Source: a virus
Strand: one strand, 5' to 3'
IMG/VR virus record: IMGVR_UViG_3300030101_002616
Coordinates: 1 to 64,000 of that record
DNA length: 64,000 bases
Under the pieces are notes generated by a model. It was not told the origin of the DNA. It made no database searches and saw only the letters and a list, made by a program, of their open reading frames with translations. Positions 46,010 to 59,700 of this stretch are shown here, piece after piece. Position 1 is the stretch's first letter. Each line of letters starts with the position of its first letter. A program made the translations under genes and the position numbers.

Positions 46010-48392
46010 GTTAAGACCATATGTTAGTGTTTATAGAGATCCAGGATCTGTACAAATAAACACACTACAAAGACAAAAGTTTCAACAAGCGTTTAATGCT
46101 GATGATGCTTTAGCAGGTGCAGTAGATCAAATGAAGGCTGCAGAATTTGAGGGAGATAAAGCTCTTAAAATGGAACTTGAACAAAACACTAGAGGTCAAT
46201 TACAAGACAGAGCGGGTCGTGGTGATTATGAAACTATGACGATGGACGTAGCTAAAAGTGCAAGAAATTTTGAGCAGCAGTATGCCCCTATAAATGCTAA
46301 CTATGAAATATATCAAAACTATAAAAAAACTTTAGATGAGGATTACAAGAAAGGTGACATAGATGCATTTACTTATAGAAGATCTTTAGATGCATCCAAG
46401 TATAACTATGAAGGGTTACAAAAGAATGAAGATGGAAGTATAGATGATGGTAGCTACTTTAAAGGGTATAACTATGTAAAGGATGTAGACATACAAGGAA
46501 AAATGTCTGAACTAATGAAAGATCATGCTGTTAAAAAATATGGCAAAGATGTGCAAGTAATTAGTGAGGATGGTAACTACTATATTACTGATGGGTTTTC
46601 AAGAGAAACTATACCTGACACTGAGGTAGCTATGGTATTTAACAATCTTATTGCTCAACCTGATGTAGCTGCTTATCTTAATCAAAAGGCAGAGTTAAGT
46701 ACTTTTGATATGACAGATGAGGATATTAGAAGTTCTCTAACTCGTAAACTGTATGGAGATGATGATCCAGAATCAGAAGACAAAGGTCTAATAGGACTGA
46801 GAGATAAAGCTATAGCTGCTGGAGATGATAAGTTAGCAGCTGACTACGATGTAATGATAAAAGAAGCTCAAGGCCTTTTACAAAATGCAGGCGTAGAAAC
46901 TGAAGATGAAATGATTGCTAAGCGTAGAGACTATATCAAAGGTTCAGTTTTACAATCTGAAGCAAAAAGAGAACTAGATGTATCTATAACTAGATTTGCA
47001 TTTGATAATAGAGAGGTTAACAAAGCAATAAAGTATAGTGAAAAGTGGACAGCAGATTATGGCAAGTTCTTAGATATTTATCAGCCAGACATCTTAAAGA
47101 GAACTGGTGTTAGTGAGATAAGCAATCCTGGTGGAAACAATCCTTCAGCAATAAATGATTATATAAACGGACAGCTTCAAATAGAAGTAAATGAAGTAAA
47201 TGCGTTTAATACTTTATACGCTGATGTATTAAAAGGTAGAAAGGTAACTGCTGAAGACATACTAAGTGGTAATGTGCCTGATGAACTTAAACAAGGAGAT
47301 GTATATCAGAAACATAGAGATAAAATAATTCTATCCAGAACTCAAAGGTATCTGCAAAACAATCTATTAGACAAGGCAGACAAAGAAGCAGGAAGCGAAT
47401 TTAAAGAAGAATTCTTAACTAGTAATTTAGATAGAAATGACCTTACTGGTCAAGACTTACTAGAGAAAGCTAGAGAAGTAACTGGAAATAGTAACCTAAC
47501 TTTAATTGAGCTTGGATCTATAATGTCAGATGCTGCAGAACTTACTGCTTACAGCACTCGAAGAAGTGAAGCTATTAGTTTTGCTGCGGGAGACACTAAA
47601 ACTGAAGAAGAGTTGAATAAACTTAGAAAGTCTAGAGATATTAAGAATCAAATATATGATGCACTTAATATAAGTAATTTCCAACAAGCTGGTATAACAA
47701 GCTCATTTAGAGACTTAACTGATAAATATACAGATGGCGTAGAGGATTGGTTAGAAAATAATGCTAAGATTAATGTGGGAGATTGGACAGCAAACAACTT
47801 CCCAGCTTTAGATAATCCTGCAAAAATTGCAGAAGTTACAGCTTATGTAAAACAATACTTTACTGGTAATGATAAAGGAGGAGGAGCAGGTAAGCCACTA
47901 GATCCAACATTTAAGATTTTCTATGATGGTAAAAAACAAGAAGGCACAGGAACTGTTGGAAGCTTCTTAGAAGATATGGAGTGGAAGAGTAAAGATGTAA
48001 AGGTTGTAGATGTAATGTTTGATCAAACTCCTTACATGGGAGAACCTACACTTCAATTAACAGTTAAAGGTGAAGAAGGGGAGTCTGGAGTTATTATACT
48101 ACCATATAGTAATATACAAAATGATCAGATGGATCAGTACTTCCAACTTCCTGGATTTAGATTACAGCAAGAGCTTATGATGCATAAACAAGCTAGGGCA
48201 GATAATGCTACTATAGGTTTATATGATAAAAAGACTGGAGCATTGGCAAGTCAAATGACTGTAACTTTTGATACAGACAGAGGAGATGTAGCATTAATAG
48301 ATGGTAATTATTATCGTTTAGGTAGTAAGGAATTCTTGAAAATGATGGACAGTAACGCAGCTAATTTTGAGTTCAGAACAATAACATATTAG
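45996..48392 (+). CDS. Putative virion cargo protein, about 800 aa (start MSRYKLRPY)
   Basis: ATG at 45996 preferred to TTG at 45951; helical; syntenic with crAss cargo genes. Confidence 0.7.
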   Translation: MSRYKLRPYVSVYRDPGSVQINTLQRQKFQQAFNADDALAGAVDQMKAAEFEGDKALKMELEQNTRGQLQDRAGRGDYETMTMDVAKSARNFEQQYAPINANYEIYQNYKKTLDEDYKKGDIDAFTYRRSLDASKYNYEGLQKNEDGSIDDGSYFKGYNYVKDVDIQGKMSELMKDHAVKKYGKDVQVISEDGNYYITDGFSRETIPDTEVAMVFNNLIAQPDVAAYLNQKAELSTFDMTDEDIRSSLTRKLYGDDDPESEDKGLIGLRDKAIAAGDDKLAADYDVMIKEAQGLLQNAGVETEDEMIAKRRDYIKGSVLQSEAKRELDVSITRFAFDNREVNKAIKYSEKWTADYGKFLDIYQPDILKRTGVSEISNPGGNNPSAINDYINGQLQIEVNEVNAFNTLYADVLKGRKVTAEDILSGNVPDELKQGDVYQKHRDKIILSRTQRYLQNNLLDKADKEAGSEFKEEFLTSNLDRNDLTGQDLLEKAREVTGNSNLTLIELGSIMSDAAELTAYSTRRSEAISFAAGDTKTEEELNKLRKSRDIKNQIYDALNISNFQQAGITSSFRDLTDKYTDGVEDWLENNAKINVGDWTANNFPALDNPAKIAEVTAYVKQYFTGNDKGGGAGKPLDPTFKIFYDGKKQEGTGTVGSFLEDMEWKSKDVKVVDVMFDQTPYMGEPTLQLTVKGEEGESGVIILPYSNIQNDQMDQYFQLPGFRLQQELMMHKQARADNATIGLYDKKTGALASQMTVTFDTDRGDVALIDGNYYRLGSKEFLKMMDSNAANFEFRTITY

Positions 48393-48393
48393 A

Positions 48394-51300
48394 ATGTCAG
48401 AAGAAATTAATCCATTAACCCAACTGCCATATGATGGCGACGCTACAATAGATGCCACTTCTGGTACTGCTGTAGAAATAAATCCTCTAACAAAGCAGGC
48501 CTATGCTCCAACTACCTCTTATGAGAGTAAAATGAATCAACGTGGACTATCTACTATCTATCAAGATGATCGTGACATAGATCGTTTTAGAAAGTATAAT
48601 GTTCCTAGAGGACAGCTGTTAGACTGGGAAGAGATTCGAGCTATGAATCAAACTACTGCAGATAAGTGGGGTAATGGTTTAGCAAAGATGGGGGTTACCG
48701 CTTTAGGAGCTGCAGCAGAAAATACTTTAGGTATACTATTTGGTCTAGGTGAAATGGCATTTGGTAGTGGTGTTTACTATGATAATACGGTAGGTAAAGC
48801 TGTAGATAATACAAATGCTTGGATGCAGGAAAACATGCCTAACTACTACACAAGAGAAGAACAGAACATGAGCACTTTCAGTAAGCTAGGAACTGCAAAC
48901 TTTTGGGCAGATACTTTTGCAAATGGGATAGGATACTCTTTAGGTTCTATTGCATCTATGTATCTTACAGGAGGTAGAGGAATAATAGGTCTAGGTGCTA
49001 AAGGTGTACAGGCTTTAAGTAAAGCTAAACAAGCAAAAGCACTATACGATTCTACAAAAGCTGTTATAAATGGAACTAAACTGTCAAGACAGTTAAGTAA
49101 AGGGGCCAGCGCATTATCAAAATTTAAAAGACATGGGCAGGTATTAGATGCAGGTCTTATGATGTCTTTAGGAGAAGCTTCTGTAGAGGCAAGACAAAAT
49201 CTTAATGATACAAGAGAAGCGCTGTTAGCTATTCATATGGAAAGAGAGGGTATTACAGACCCTGCAGATGTATCCGCAGAAGATAGAAGAGAGATAGAAA
49301 GAATAGCCATTGCTTCAGGCAACACACACTTTGCAGCTCAACTACCAGTTCTTATGGGCACTAATCTAATGATGTTTGGTAAACAGGTATCAGGATTTAG
49401 AGCTGCTCAAAGAGCTAGTAAAGATGTATCATTCATTGAGGCAACTCGTAAAGCTGTAAGTAAATATGCTAATGATGGTTTTTGGAAGGGCACGGCAAGA
49501 AGACTTACACCTGCAGCTAAAAATGCTGCGGAAGAGGCTTTCCAAGAAGGTTTTCAATTTGCATCAGGAGTATTTGCTAGTAACTATCACACTGCAAAAT
49601 ATAAAAACAATGGTGTAGGAGATATGATGGCTGCATTAAATGAATCATTATCTGAGACATTTGGATCACAAGAAGGTTTAGAATCTATATTAGTTGGAGC
49701 TTTGACTGGTAAAGTAATGGGAGCAGGTCAATCTATACTTAGTAAAGAGGTATCTACTAGAAAGGCAAACGCTCAAAGACTAGCTGACTTTATCAATGCT
49801 GGACTTCTTGACAATGTTCAAAATTCAATAATAAACTCTTCAGCACAGTCTGATGCAATGAAAAGAATGCAAGCCGCATTAGAGCGTAATGATCACAAAG
49901 CTTTTAAAGATGCACAGTTTGACCTTATATCTTACAACGCACTATATGCTTTAGAAACTGGAGGATTTGAACTGTTCAAAGAAAAGCTAGAAGATTCTAA
50001 GAATCTATCTGATGAAGAGTTTGCAAAACAGTTTAACATTACAGACAAGAATGGAGATCCATTAGATATTGTAAAGGCTACTGGAAAAACCAAAGCAAAA
50101 ACCATTGAAGATTTACAAAAGAAACTTGACAACTTTGAAAAAATATATAATAATGTAAGTGATAGATTTGCATTGCCAGATAAAACTAGTGGACTGCCTA
50201 GAGCTCTGATGTCTGAAGAACAAAGAAAAGCTGAGGACCAAACATATGAGAATAGAGCTAGATTACGTAATCAGTTAATATTATCAGGGGCTGCACTACA
50301 AGATAGAAATCGTAGAATGGAAAGCATCCAGGATAACATGTCAGAGATTATTGCAAACTCTTTGGCAGGTATTGGTGCTACAGGTAGAGACAAGTTAAAC
50401 ATAGATAAGATTCTTAATGAGTTTTCTATATTCCAAACAGAGCCCGGTGAAGCTGATGCTAAGGACTATGATCCAGACGCAAGATTTCAAAAGCTAAGAG
50501 AAAACTTATTAACTGCTATTGCAGAAGTAAGTAGGATAGATCCTATTGCTGCAGAGGCTTTAACAGAGCAGGCAAAAGATTATGTAGCTCTGGCCCAAGA
50601 AACAATAGAAGGACTAGATACTTACAATAAACTTGCATCAGATCCATATGCACAAGCAGAGTTTCAAAGACGAACAGAGGAACAAGAAAAAGCAACACAG
50701 GCTAGAGAGCGTGCTAAGATGTTAAAGGAGAAGACAGATAAAGCAGAGACATCTGATGACATGAACGAAGCATTAAAAGATGCAACAGATGATGAGTCTA
50801 GAGTACATCTTAAGAAAAAGAATGAGCTTATAGCGAAAGAGAACAGTCTTAAAAAAGACTTTATTGCTAAGGCTAAAGGTGCAACTCGTAAAGAAAAGAT
50901 AGAAGACTTAGAAAAGAAAGATAAAACTAAGCTAACTCCTATACAAAAGAAAGCACTTAACTTAGCTATTGGAGAGTTGAAGAGACAAGATCAAGCTCAA
51001 CAGGTAGATAAAGTAGAAGTAAAACCAGTAGACAATTCAGAAGACAATCTAGCACAAGAGGATCAAGGTACCCAGAATGTAGAAGAAGCATTTAATCCTG
51101 ATAATATAGGAAAGATAGAAGCTGTATCTGAAGACGGTAGAACATTCCAAATAGATGGTGAAAACTTTTACAATAGATTTGACAATCCTTTAGATGCTGT
51201 AAAAAGAGATGGTGCAACAGATGAAATCTATGCAGTAGTTCTTGAGGATGAGGATGGTAATACACATACAATACAAGGTCCTGAGTCTAGAGTAGACGCT

Positions 51301-53742
51301 CTTGCATATGGTATAATCATGTCAGAGTTATACAAAATAGAAGGTCAGACTACCTTAGACAGAGAAGCAGCTGAAATAAATGAAAACGCAATAGCTGAAA
51401 AAACTGATAAACTTGCTAAAACAGGTGTGCATGGTAAGAAAAATGATGCAACTCTTAGGTACGAAATATATAAACTTAGAAGACTACAAGAGGCTTTATT
51501 AGAAAACAGAGACATAATAAGAACCTTGATGATTCAAGACGGCGCATCTAAAACAAAATTAAAAAACGATCGTGCTTTAAAAAGAATGTCTAAGAAGAAT
51601 AGATCTTTAGCTAAACAAATCAGTGATAGAAAAAAAGTTCTTAGAGCTAGAGGGAAGTCAATTGGATTAAATCCTAATGAGTTTATAATGGTAGAGGGTC
51701 AAGCTATTGATGCTATTAAAGATACTGAGAAGTTAATACGAGATACTAAGAATGATATTACACGATTAGAGAAAGATGTAGAGCAACTAACTCAAGACAG
51801 AGAAAGATATATAGAGGGTAGGGATACAGAGTCTGCAGAGGCTGCAGCTAGAGATTTACAAGTAGCACAACAAGAGTTAGAAGATAGAAAAAAAGATTTA
51901 GCTGAAGGTAAAGCTATCTTAGAACTAGAAAAAAATAATTTAAAAAGATTACAAAATGAAGAAGAAGGTAGGATTCCAAGAGATGCAGAACAAGTTGCCG
52001 AAGGAAGTACAGGAGAAGCTAAAAGGAAAGTCGATGAAGGAGAAGATTCAAATAGGGCTGAAGCTGTTGAAGAAGAGGGGACTCCTGTAGAAGAAACTGC
52101 AGAGCCCAGAGATGTAGATGAGAAGGCTATAGAAAAATCATTGAATGATAAACAGTCTGTAGATAAAGCTAAAACACCTGCCAGTACTGCTGCGCCTGGT
52201 GTGCCTCTAAAAGATGATGAGGTAGTTGTAGATAGAGTACAGCTAATGCCTCCTGCAGAAGGACCAACACTTGGTGAAGCTTTACAACAAGAAGCAAAGC
52301 CCCCCGTACAGGGTGACAACCTTCCAATGAAAAGTGCAATGGATGATCCTACTATTGGAAGAGGAGATACAAAAATACGTGTAAATGAAGAAGGTATACC
52401 CTTTGATAATACAGATGAGCTTGAACAAAGAATGGGTCTTAAAAGCTTACGTGTTGGGGATGAGGTAGAGTTTGTAATAATAGAAAACGACTTCTTTGTA
52501 GAAAACCATAAAGGTAAAGATACTGAGTTAGAATACTTACCAATATACTATCAAAAGAATGGTGTAATATTAGGTAAGCTACAGAGATCTACTAGTCAAG
52601 AAAAAGCTGAAATAGTAAGAAGACTTCGTGCGGGAGAGAGAGTAACAACTAGAGTATCCGAAGTATTTGCTCCTAACTACAACAATGCAAGAATGTCTAC
52701 ACCAGACGGCACTGTAAAATACTTCTATGATCCTAGAGAAAGTTTAGGACAACAACCAATACTTGTATTCTCTGTTGTAGATGAAGATATACAGCAGCTA
52801 GTTGCACCACAAGATCCAGATGTAAACCTATCTTCAATAGATACTAGTAACATAGGAACAGGTCAAGTAGCATTTTTAATACCAAGTTCTGAGGTCCCCG
52901 GTGGACAAACAACTATATCTGTAGGTAGTACAGCTACACTTTCCTCAGCAGCGGTAGATACCACTATTGACCTTCTATCAAAAGGAGACTTAGAAGGAGC
53001 TGCAGAAATAGTTGCAACTAGTTCAGAAGTAGATAGAACATTATCATCAACAAAACGATCACATCTAGAGCTTTTAGAATTTAAGACAGAGGAGCAGGTA
53101 GTAGACAAAGTAGATTTAACTACTGGACAAAGTGTTGCATCTTCTGCCCCTGATAACAAAAGTATAGTATACTATAGTCCTACTGCAAACAGACTAGTAA
53201 AAATTTCAAATAACAACTTTAAAAAAGCAATAGCAAATCAACCTTTTAAATTAAGTTTTGTTGAGGTTGTTGATGGTCAGTATAAAACTAAAGGTGCTCC
53301 GGATGCAGAGTACAATAAAGTAAAAGATAATTTTCAAAAAGATTTTAGAGATCTTCTAAGTTCAAAAAAATATCAAGTTAGTAGAGATAGAATGCAAGCA
53401 GGTAACGCTCCATATACTAGCCGTGTAACTGGTAATAGATATGATAGTTATACTGACTATCTTTTTTCTCTTGAAGAAGGAGCAGTTAGAGAACAGGGAG
53501 CGCTAGGTCATAACTCTATACTTGCAACAGACTTAGTTAGAACAGCTGGTGGATTATTCCATAACCCTGTAGTATCATTTGCAAAAGAAGACATCTTTGG
53601 TAAGAGTACAGAACAAATTTCAGAAAATGTTACCTTTGCATCTTCACCTGAATCTACTGGTAAAACATTTAAAAATAAAATGGCGTCTCCATTTAGAGGT
53701 GATACAGCCAGAGAAGATTTTGATAACGACTGTAAACTATAA
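48394..53742 (+). CDS. Giant virion protein upstream of the RNA polymerase, 1782 aa
   Basis: Gly/Ala hydrophobic N-terminal helices, EEAFQE motif, long coiled coils; first of the three-giant-gene block. Confidence 0.75.
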   Translation: MSEEINPLTQLPYDGDATIDATSGTAVEINPLTKQAYAPTTSYESKMNQRGLSTIYQDDRDIDRFRKYNVPRGQLLDWEEIRAMNQTTADKWGNGLAKMGVTALGAAAENTLGILFGLGEMAFGSGVYYDNTVGKAVDNTNAWMQENMPNYYTREEQNMSTFSKLGTANFWADTFANGIGYSLGSIASMYLTGGRGIIGLGAKGVQALSKAKQAKALYDSTKAVINGTKLSRQLSKGASALSKFKRHGQVLDAGLMMSLGEASVEARQNLNDTREALLAIHMEREGITDPADVSAEDRREIERIAIASGNTHFAAQLPVLMGTNLMMFGKQVSGFRAAQRASKDVSFIEATRKAVSKYANDGFWKGTARRLTPAAKNAAEEAFQEGFQFASGVFASNYHTAKYKNNGVGDMMAALNESLSETFGSQEGLESILVGALTGKVMGAGQSILSKEVSTRKANAQRLADFINAGLLDNVQNSIINSSAQSDAMKRMQAALERNDHKAFKDAQFDLISYNALYALETGGFELFKEKLEDSKNLSDEEFAKQFNITDKNGDPLDIVKATGKTKAKTIEDLQKKLDNFEKIYNNVSDRFALPDKTSGLPRALMSEEQRKAEDQTYENRARLRNQLILSGAALQDRNRRMESIQDNMSEIIANSLAGIGATGRDKLNIDKILNEFSIFQTEPGEADAKDYDPDARFQKLRENLLTAIAEVSRIDPIAAEALTEQAKDYVALAQETIEGLDTYNKLASDPYAQAEFQRRTEEQEKATQARERAKMLKEKTDKAETSDDMNEALKDATDDESRVHLKKKNELIAKENSLKKDFIAKAKGATRKEKIEDLEKKDKTKLTPIQKKALNLAIGELKRQDQAQQVDKVEVKPVDNSEDNLAQEDQGTQNVEEAFNPDNIGKIEAVSEDGRTFQIDGENFYNRFDNPLDAVKRDGATDEIYAVVLEDEDGNTHTIQGPESRVDALAYGIIMSELYKIEGQTTLDREAAEINENAIAEKTDKLAKTGVHGKKNDATLRYEIYKLRRLQEALLENRDIIRTLMIQDGASKTKLKNDRALKRMSKKNRSLAKQISDRKKVLRARGKSIGLNPNEFIMVEGQAIDAIKDTEKLIRDTKNDITRLEKDVEQLTQDRERYIEGRDTESAEAAARDLQVAQQELEDRKKDLAEGKAILELEKNNLKRLQNEEEGRIPRDAEQVAEGSTGEAKRKVDEGEDSNRAEAVEEEGTPVEETAEPRDVDEKAIEKSLNDKQSVDKAKTPASTAAPGVPLKDDEVVVDRVQLMPPAEGPTLGEALQQEAKPPVQGDNLPMKSAMDDPTIGRGDTKIRVNEEGIPFDNTDELEQRMGLKSLRVGDEVEFVIIENDFFVENHKGKDTELEYLPIYYQKNGVILGKLQRSTSQEKAEIVRRLRAGERVTTRVSEVFAPNYNNARMSTPDGTVKYFYDPRESLGQQPILVFSVVDEDIQQLVAPQDPDVNLSSIDTSNIGTGQVAFLIPSSEVPGGQTTISVGSTATLSSAAVDTTIDLLSKGDLEGAAEIVATSSEVDRTLSSTKRSHLELLEFKTEEQVVDKVDLTTGQSVASSAPDNKSIVYYSPTANRLVKISNNNFKKAIANQPFKLSFVEVVDGQYKTKGAPDAEYNKVKDNFQKDFRDLLSSKKYQVSRDRMQAGNAPYTSRVTGNRYDSYTDYLFSLEEGAVREQGALGHNSILATDLVRTAGGLFHNPVVSFAKEDIFGKSTEQISENVTFASSPESTGKTFKNKMASPFRGDTAREDFDNDCKL

Positions 53743-53745
53743 TAT

Positions 53746-56700
53746 ATGGCTTGTAGATATATAAGAAATAAAAACAATAACATTACTAGTGCTATAGCTC
53801 CTAATGGACAAAGATCAAAGTTGTTTGATTCTTTAGCTACTGCTACAGGTAACATAGATTCTGCTAGAAGTGTATATGAAAATCTTTATACAAAACGTGG
53901 TAAAGAATTATATGGTGCTGATTTTGAAAACTTTGAAAAGTCACAAGACTTTTTAACTACTGATGACAACGGTGAGCCTATACTAGCAGCTGGTAATGGT
54001 TTTTACTATATATTAAAAAAGAATGGTAAAGATAGAATAGTATTAAATTTAAAAAGACCAGTTAGACAGGTATCAAGTAACCTAAGCTTTGAGGAAGAGC
54101 GTGAGATAATTGATACCGCTATTAGTTTTGTAAATGATTTACGTGCACAGAACCCAGAATACTTCAAAGATCCTAAAAAAGTTACACAGTTTTTTAATGA
54201 AAGCAAAGGTAGCAAAGGTATACTAGCAGAGATAATAGCTACAGAAGCTTTTGATGGTATACCAAATACTAAAGAGGGTAGAGAGTTAGCTGTAAGTTTA
54301 GTAAAGATTGGAAAAGAGCGGGGAGAACAAGCAATGTTAGATGCGCTCCCTGAAGGAGTTACATTGATAACTAAAAACGATAGGGGATATGTAATGCTTA
54401 GTGTGTATGACAACTGGAGTGATGAAATTGCAGATGATGGTACAGGTAACTTATCTAAAAAAGGATGGCGTTCCACTATACAAGAAGGTCTAGAAGAGTA
54501 TGGACTAGTTCTACGAGATGATATTGGACAACTATTTGACATAGATGATACCCCAATACGTATACATGATGTATCTAGACTAGAAGAAAATCCAAAAGAT
54601 AAACTATCTACTACAGTAAAAGCAATTCTTACAGATATTAGAAAGACAGAACCAAACTCGTTAGGATACTTTACAGCAATACCCTTAGATGAAATTTATG
54701 CAGATATGGCTGAAGCTACTGTTAATCAGCCTGATTTTAATAAGCAACTTACAAGACTAGAGTTTATGTCTAAGTATAAACCTAATCTTGTTCCTGTGGT
54801 AGAAACACTAAAAAGATTGGATAGAGAAGGACAAGCTGCAGTCTTTGCAAACTTTGCTAATTCTTATAAAAACTTTATACAGTTTAAAACTAGAGTAGAA
54901 GTAAAAGAATCTGGAACACGAAGTATAATAGAAATGTTTCCTTCTAATCGATCTAACACAGCGCGTATAGCTGCGACAAGATGGAATAGACAAGCTGCAA
55001 AGGACAGAGCTCCTAATGATAGAGCTCTATATCAATTAGATGAGGATGGAAAGAGAAACGTAATAGATAGTAAAAAGTCTGCTGCAACTACAGCCTATGA
55101 AAAACTATCAAAGTATGAAAATGTAAGAAGTATTCCTAATAATGGGATACAGCTAAATCAAGATGGAAACCCTGTTTTAACTGAAGAACTTGATGCTATA
55201 GTAGAAAATCTAAATGATATGCTGTATAATATGAGCATACAATATGGGCCTACAAAAGAAGCATCTGCAGAAAATCTTAAGAAATATTTTACAATAGGAG
55301 AACCTAGAAAAAATGGATTTGATTTATATAAAGATTTTGTTGCACCTCCTGGAGGAGCATTACAGCTGCAGAAGTTAATAAAAAGAATTAATAAGAATGA
55401 AGATATATTCACAAAAGATAGAGATATAATAAAACATCTAGCATCTATTACTCCATATTTTAAAACACAAGCAGCAGATTCTTTTCTAAGTGGTGCAGGT
55501 AAAACATATTATCCTATTAATCAGTTAACTACTTTGGATGAAATAGTTAATCATGTTAGGTCAGAAGAGTTTACTAAGACAGTAGAAGATTTTCAGAATA
55601 CTAGACTTTTTAATCCTAGCAGTGTAGAAACTAACTATAGATCTCAGTTCTTGTTTGCATTAGCAACCAACGATACATTTAAAGCTAAGTTTATGTCTGA
55701 GGTTCTTGACTCTACAAAAACAGCTAATGATTTTGGTATAGGACAAGACTACGAAAGTCAAAACAATAGAACATCTCTTATAGCTAGACTAAATGCATTT
55801 GCTAACAATGAAGATAAAACAGCATTTAAACTAGCGGTATCTACACAGGCAGATAGAAAGCGTATGGATTTTGTTACTATGATAAGAATAGACAAATTAC
55901 CTATTAGTCAGAGAGAAGCTATTAAAGCATTAATAGTTCAAGACCTTGCGGTAATGGATAAAGCAAATCAAGATATTGCTGAGATGCCTGCAAACGAATT
56001 AATAAAGGGATACCACTATCTTACAGAACCGCAAGCAGCAGACGGCCCTGTATTTACTATGCCTCAGATAGGATTTTTAAAAGGAGACTATACTTCTGAG
56101 TTACGAGACAACATGACTCCGTATCTAGATGGAACACTTGATGAAACAACTAAGGCTAGAATAGATCAAGAAATAGAGTCGCTAGTTGATAAAGTATATA
56201 AACAGTTAGATGTTTATTACGATGGCTTAGTATCTGAGATGAGACGTTTAGATATAGATAATAAAGAGCTAAGAAGCAGTATTAGAAATGAGGCAGATCT
56301 AAAAAATTTCATAATAAATGATTTCTATGGTAGAATAGAGTTTAATAAACTTTCCCGTGGCGGTATGTCATTTGCTCAAAAAGGACCTAAAGATTATTAC
56401 AAACGTATGAAGGGTATTAATACTCCTGGTACAAAACTAGCAATAAAAGGAAGCTTGGATGCAGATCCTAACTATGGCATGATGCCTACCTATAATGCTA
56501 TTACTATAGCTAAATTAGATTTTCAGGACCGTGCAAAAGCATTAAAAATTGCAGATGACATAAATAATAATCTTCAGGATGCAGGTCTAACAGAGACAGA
56601 AGCAAATGAGATAGCTTTACAATATGGAAGTGTAGATAAAGGTGATGCGCAGAGTTTTATATCTCTGGATATGTACCGAGGTATCATGGAAGGAATGGGA

Positions 56701-59700
56701 GAGTATGGTCCTAAAGATATAGAAGCATATAACAATCATGAAAGTACAGATCCAACCAACCCTAACGCAGGTAGGTATGTAGATAATCAGGGCAATGCTA
56801 GACCATTACGCCCAGTAAAACCATACGCTGAAGAGTTAACAGTTAGAAATGGTATACCGGTTCTAACCATGGATAAAAACTCTTATGTAACTATAACTAA
56901 AGAACTAGCTGCAGAGTATCCACAACTAGAAAAGATGCGTTCTATTATGGCTAGTCAAGACATACAGGTGGTGCATGAAGAGAATGCAACTAAAGGCGGA
57001 CGTAAAGATGTAAGAGATTTGTATACTAATGACTTACAAAACTTAACACCTATGACAATGGATTCTAGTAAACTTAGATTACCATCCATAGAAAGAGATA
57101 AGAAGACTGGAGAGATAACATTCTCTAGACAGATCCGTAAAAACGTAATAGCTAACTGGCAATTACCGTTAGATGAATTTGTAGAGTATCAATCCCTAGT
57201 ATCAGAAAATATTCAAGAAGACACTAAAAAGTTAGAAGATGAGCTAGGCATAACCAAGTTAAGAAATGCTATAAAAAATAATAATGTAGAAGCTATAGCT
57301 GATGCTAAACTAGCCTACTTACAAAAACTTAGAGACAAGTTAAGATCCGCTGTAAAAGAAAGAGGATTACCTGACTCTTACATAGGCGCACTAAACATTG
57401 TACCAAACGGATCGTTTGACTACAGATTTGACATACCGCTAGCATTCCCTAACTACCAAGCTAAGTTTGAACAGATATTTTTTAGTCTGTTTAATAATGG
57501 TATATTCAAACAAAAACTAAAAGGTAAAGAACTAGTTCAGATAGCAGAAGCTGGTGGACATGCGGTTGACAGTGAACTAGAGATGTACAATGGTACCAAG
57601 CCTGCACAAGTAATGATGCGTCGTAGTGATTTAGGTATCTCAGAAAATGAAAACATAGAAGAGCTTATAGCAAACAATGACCCAAGAATAAAAGTAATAG
57701 GATACCGTATACCTAACCAAGGTAAGAACTCTATGCTTCCAATGCAAGTAATACGCTTTTTACCTGAGTCACACGAGAAAGGAATAATTGTGCCGGGCGG
57801 TGTAACAAGGCAAATGGGTAGTGACTTTGATGTAGATAAGATGATTACTATACAAAGAGAAGAAGGGACTACTCCTAGAAACGAGCGTGATAAAAGAATA
57901 TTTGATATAATGTATAATTCAATCACAGCTAAAGAACATCTATCAGAAGTTCTAGATCCGCTAGATGGTGAACGTCTTAGAAACAAAGCAGCTGAAGTTG
58001 GTAGAGGAGAAAATGTTATAGACTATAACAACCCTCTATCAGAGCTTGATATGGAGATGCGTAATAAAGCAGGTATTAGACTAAGAGGTTCTTGGGCTAA
58101 CATGCTGGCAGGACACAATGTAGCACAAGCAGGTAACCTAAGAATAGATCCAGGCTATGCACCTATTATAGGAGGTACAACTTATGATAAACTAGGACAG
58201 GTATTTGAATTTGGTACAAAAAAATATAATACTGCTGCAATATCTGCTTATCTATCAGCGGCTGTAGATGCTGCAAACGATCCAATACAAGTAGATATAA
58301 ATGATAATGAGTTTACTGTGCCTGTAGCGGGTATGATGCTAAGCGCAGGAGTGCCGCTAGAAAACGTAATAGATTTCTTAACTCAACCTGCTATACTAGA
58401 AGTAATACAGCACGCAAGAGATAATAGTTACCACATGGGACAATTGTATAAATCTATGTCTGCAATTAGAAGACAAAGAAAGTTGCCAGCATCGGCTGAA
58501 ACTTCCTACAATATTTCATTACAAGAACTATCTGACAAATCAGAAGATACTCAAGCTAAGATGTTAGATAACTTCGAGTTATTCTATAAAGCAGGAATGT
58601 CTACAGCAAGAGCCTTTAAAGTAATAACACCTGATAACTTAGATAATCTAAATGAAATATCTTCTTTACGAGCTTGGTTAGATATAGAACAACAGTTTAC
58701 TACAAATCAAGATACTAATATTATTTATGGAGCTGAAGAGTTTGTAACTGAACTGCAGACAGGTAGAGAATCTGTATATCCAATACAAGTAGCATACCGA
58801 GGAATATTTAATACAATGCTAGGTGCGGCTGAAGAAGCTGGATTCATTAACAATAGACCTGCATTCTTTAGATTTAAAAACATACTAAAAAATAGTTTAT
58901 TACAAACTAGATTTAATTCTGAGCAACATAAGTTTATTGATAGAGCATTGTTTTTAAAGATAATGGGACACCCGGACAGTCCACTAGCAGACTATATGTC
59001 TAAGGATCGCTTTGAAAAATTATATACTGATCCTAATAACAACATAGCTATAAGACTAGACAATCTACAGAAGAGTGATAAACTATCAAACAATAGATTC
59101 TTTCAGTTATTAGAAGCTTCTGATACTAATAATGAAAAAGGTAATCCAGTGTTTACTATACAGTTAAACTCTAATTATGACATGACATCTCTAGAAAAAA
59201 ATACTTTGACAGTTGGATTCAAAGAGATGTTAGAAAGTAAAGACCCAGTTATAGCAGAGTTTGCAAAAGATTTAATAGCTAATCAACTAATGTCTACCGG
59301 ATTCCATCCTAGTAAAAACTCTTACATGGATCTAATACCACCGGAAGCATTTACAACTAGTATATTAAACTCAGCTATGGAAAGCCCTACCATGTTCTTT
59401 AATAAAATTCAAACTGAAACAATAGGACATGACTTCTATAATGACTTTGTTCACGATTTTATTCGTAACTTTGGAAGCGCAACGCCTGGCGGTGCTCCAC
59501 TGTTGCCCGTAGTTAGAAACAGAAATCTTAGTCCTAACAACGAAGGTTTAGTAAGAGTAGATAAAGTAAGAAACCCAAGTATATTTAATAAAACAAATGG
59601 GTATGCAGCCTACTTTATTACATATCCAAAAGGTGCGGCACCTAAAGTATATGTAAGAGTAAATGGAAACATATATCAAGAATTGCAAATGAAGGGAATA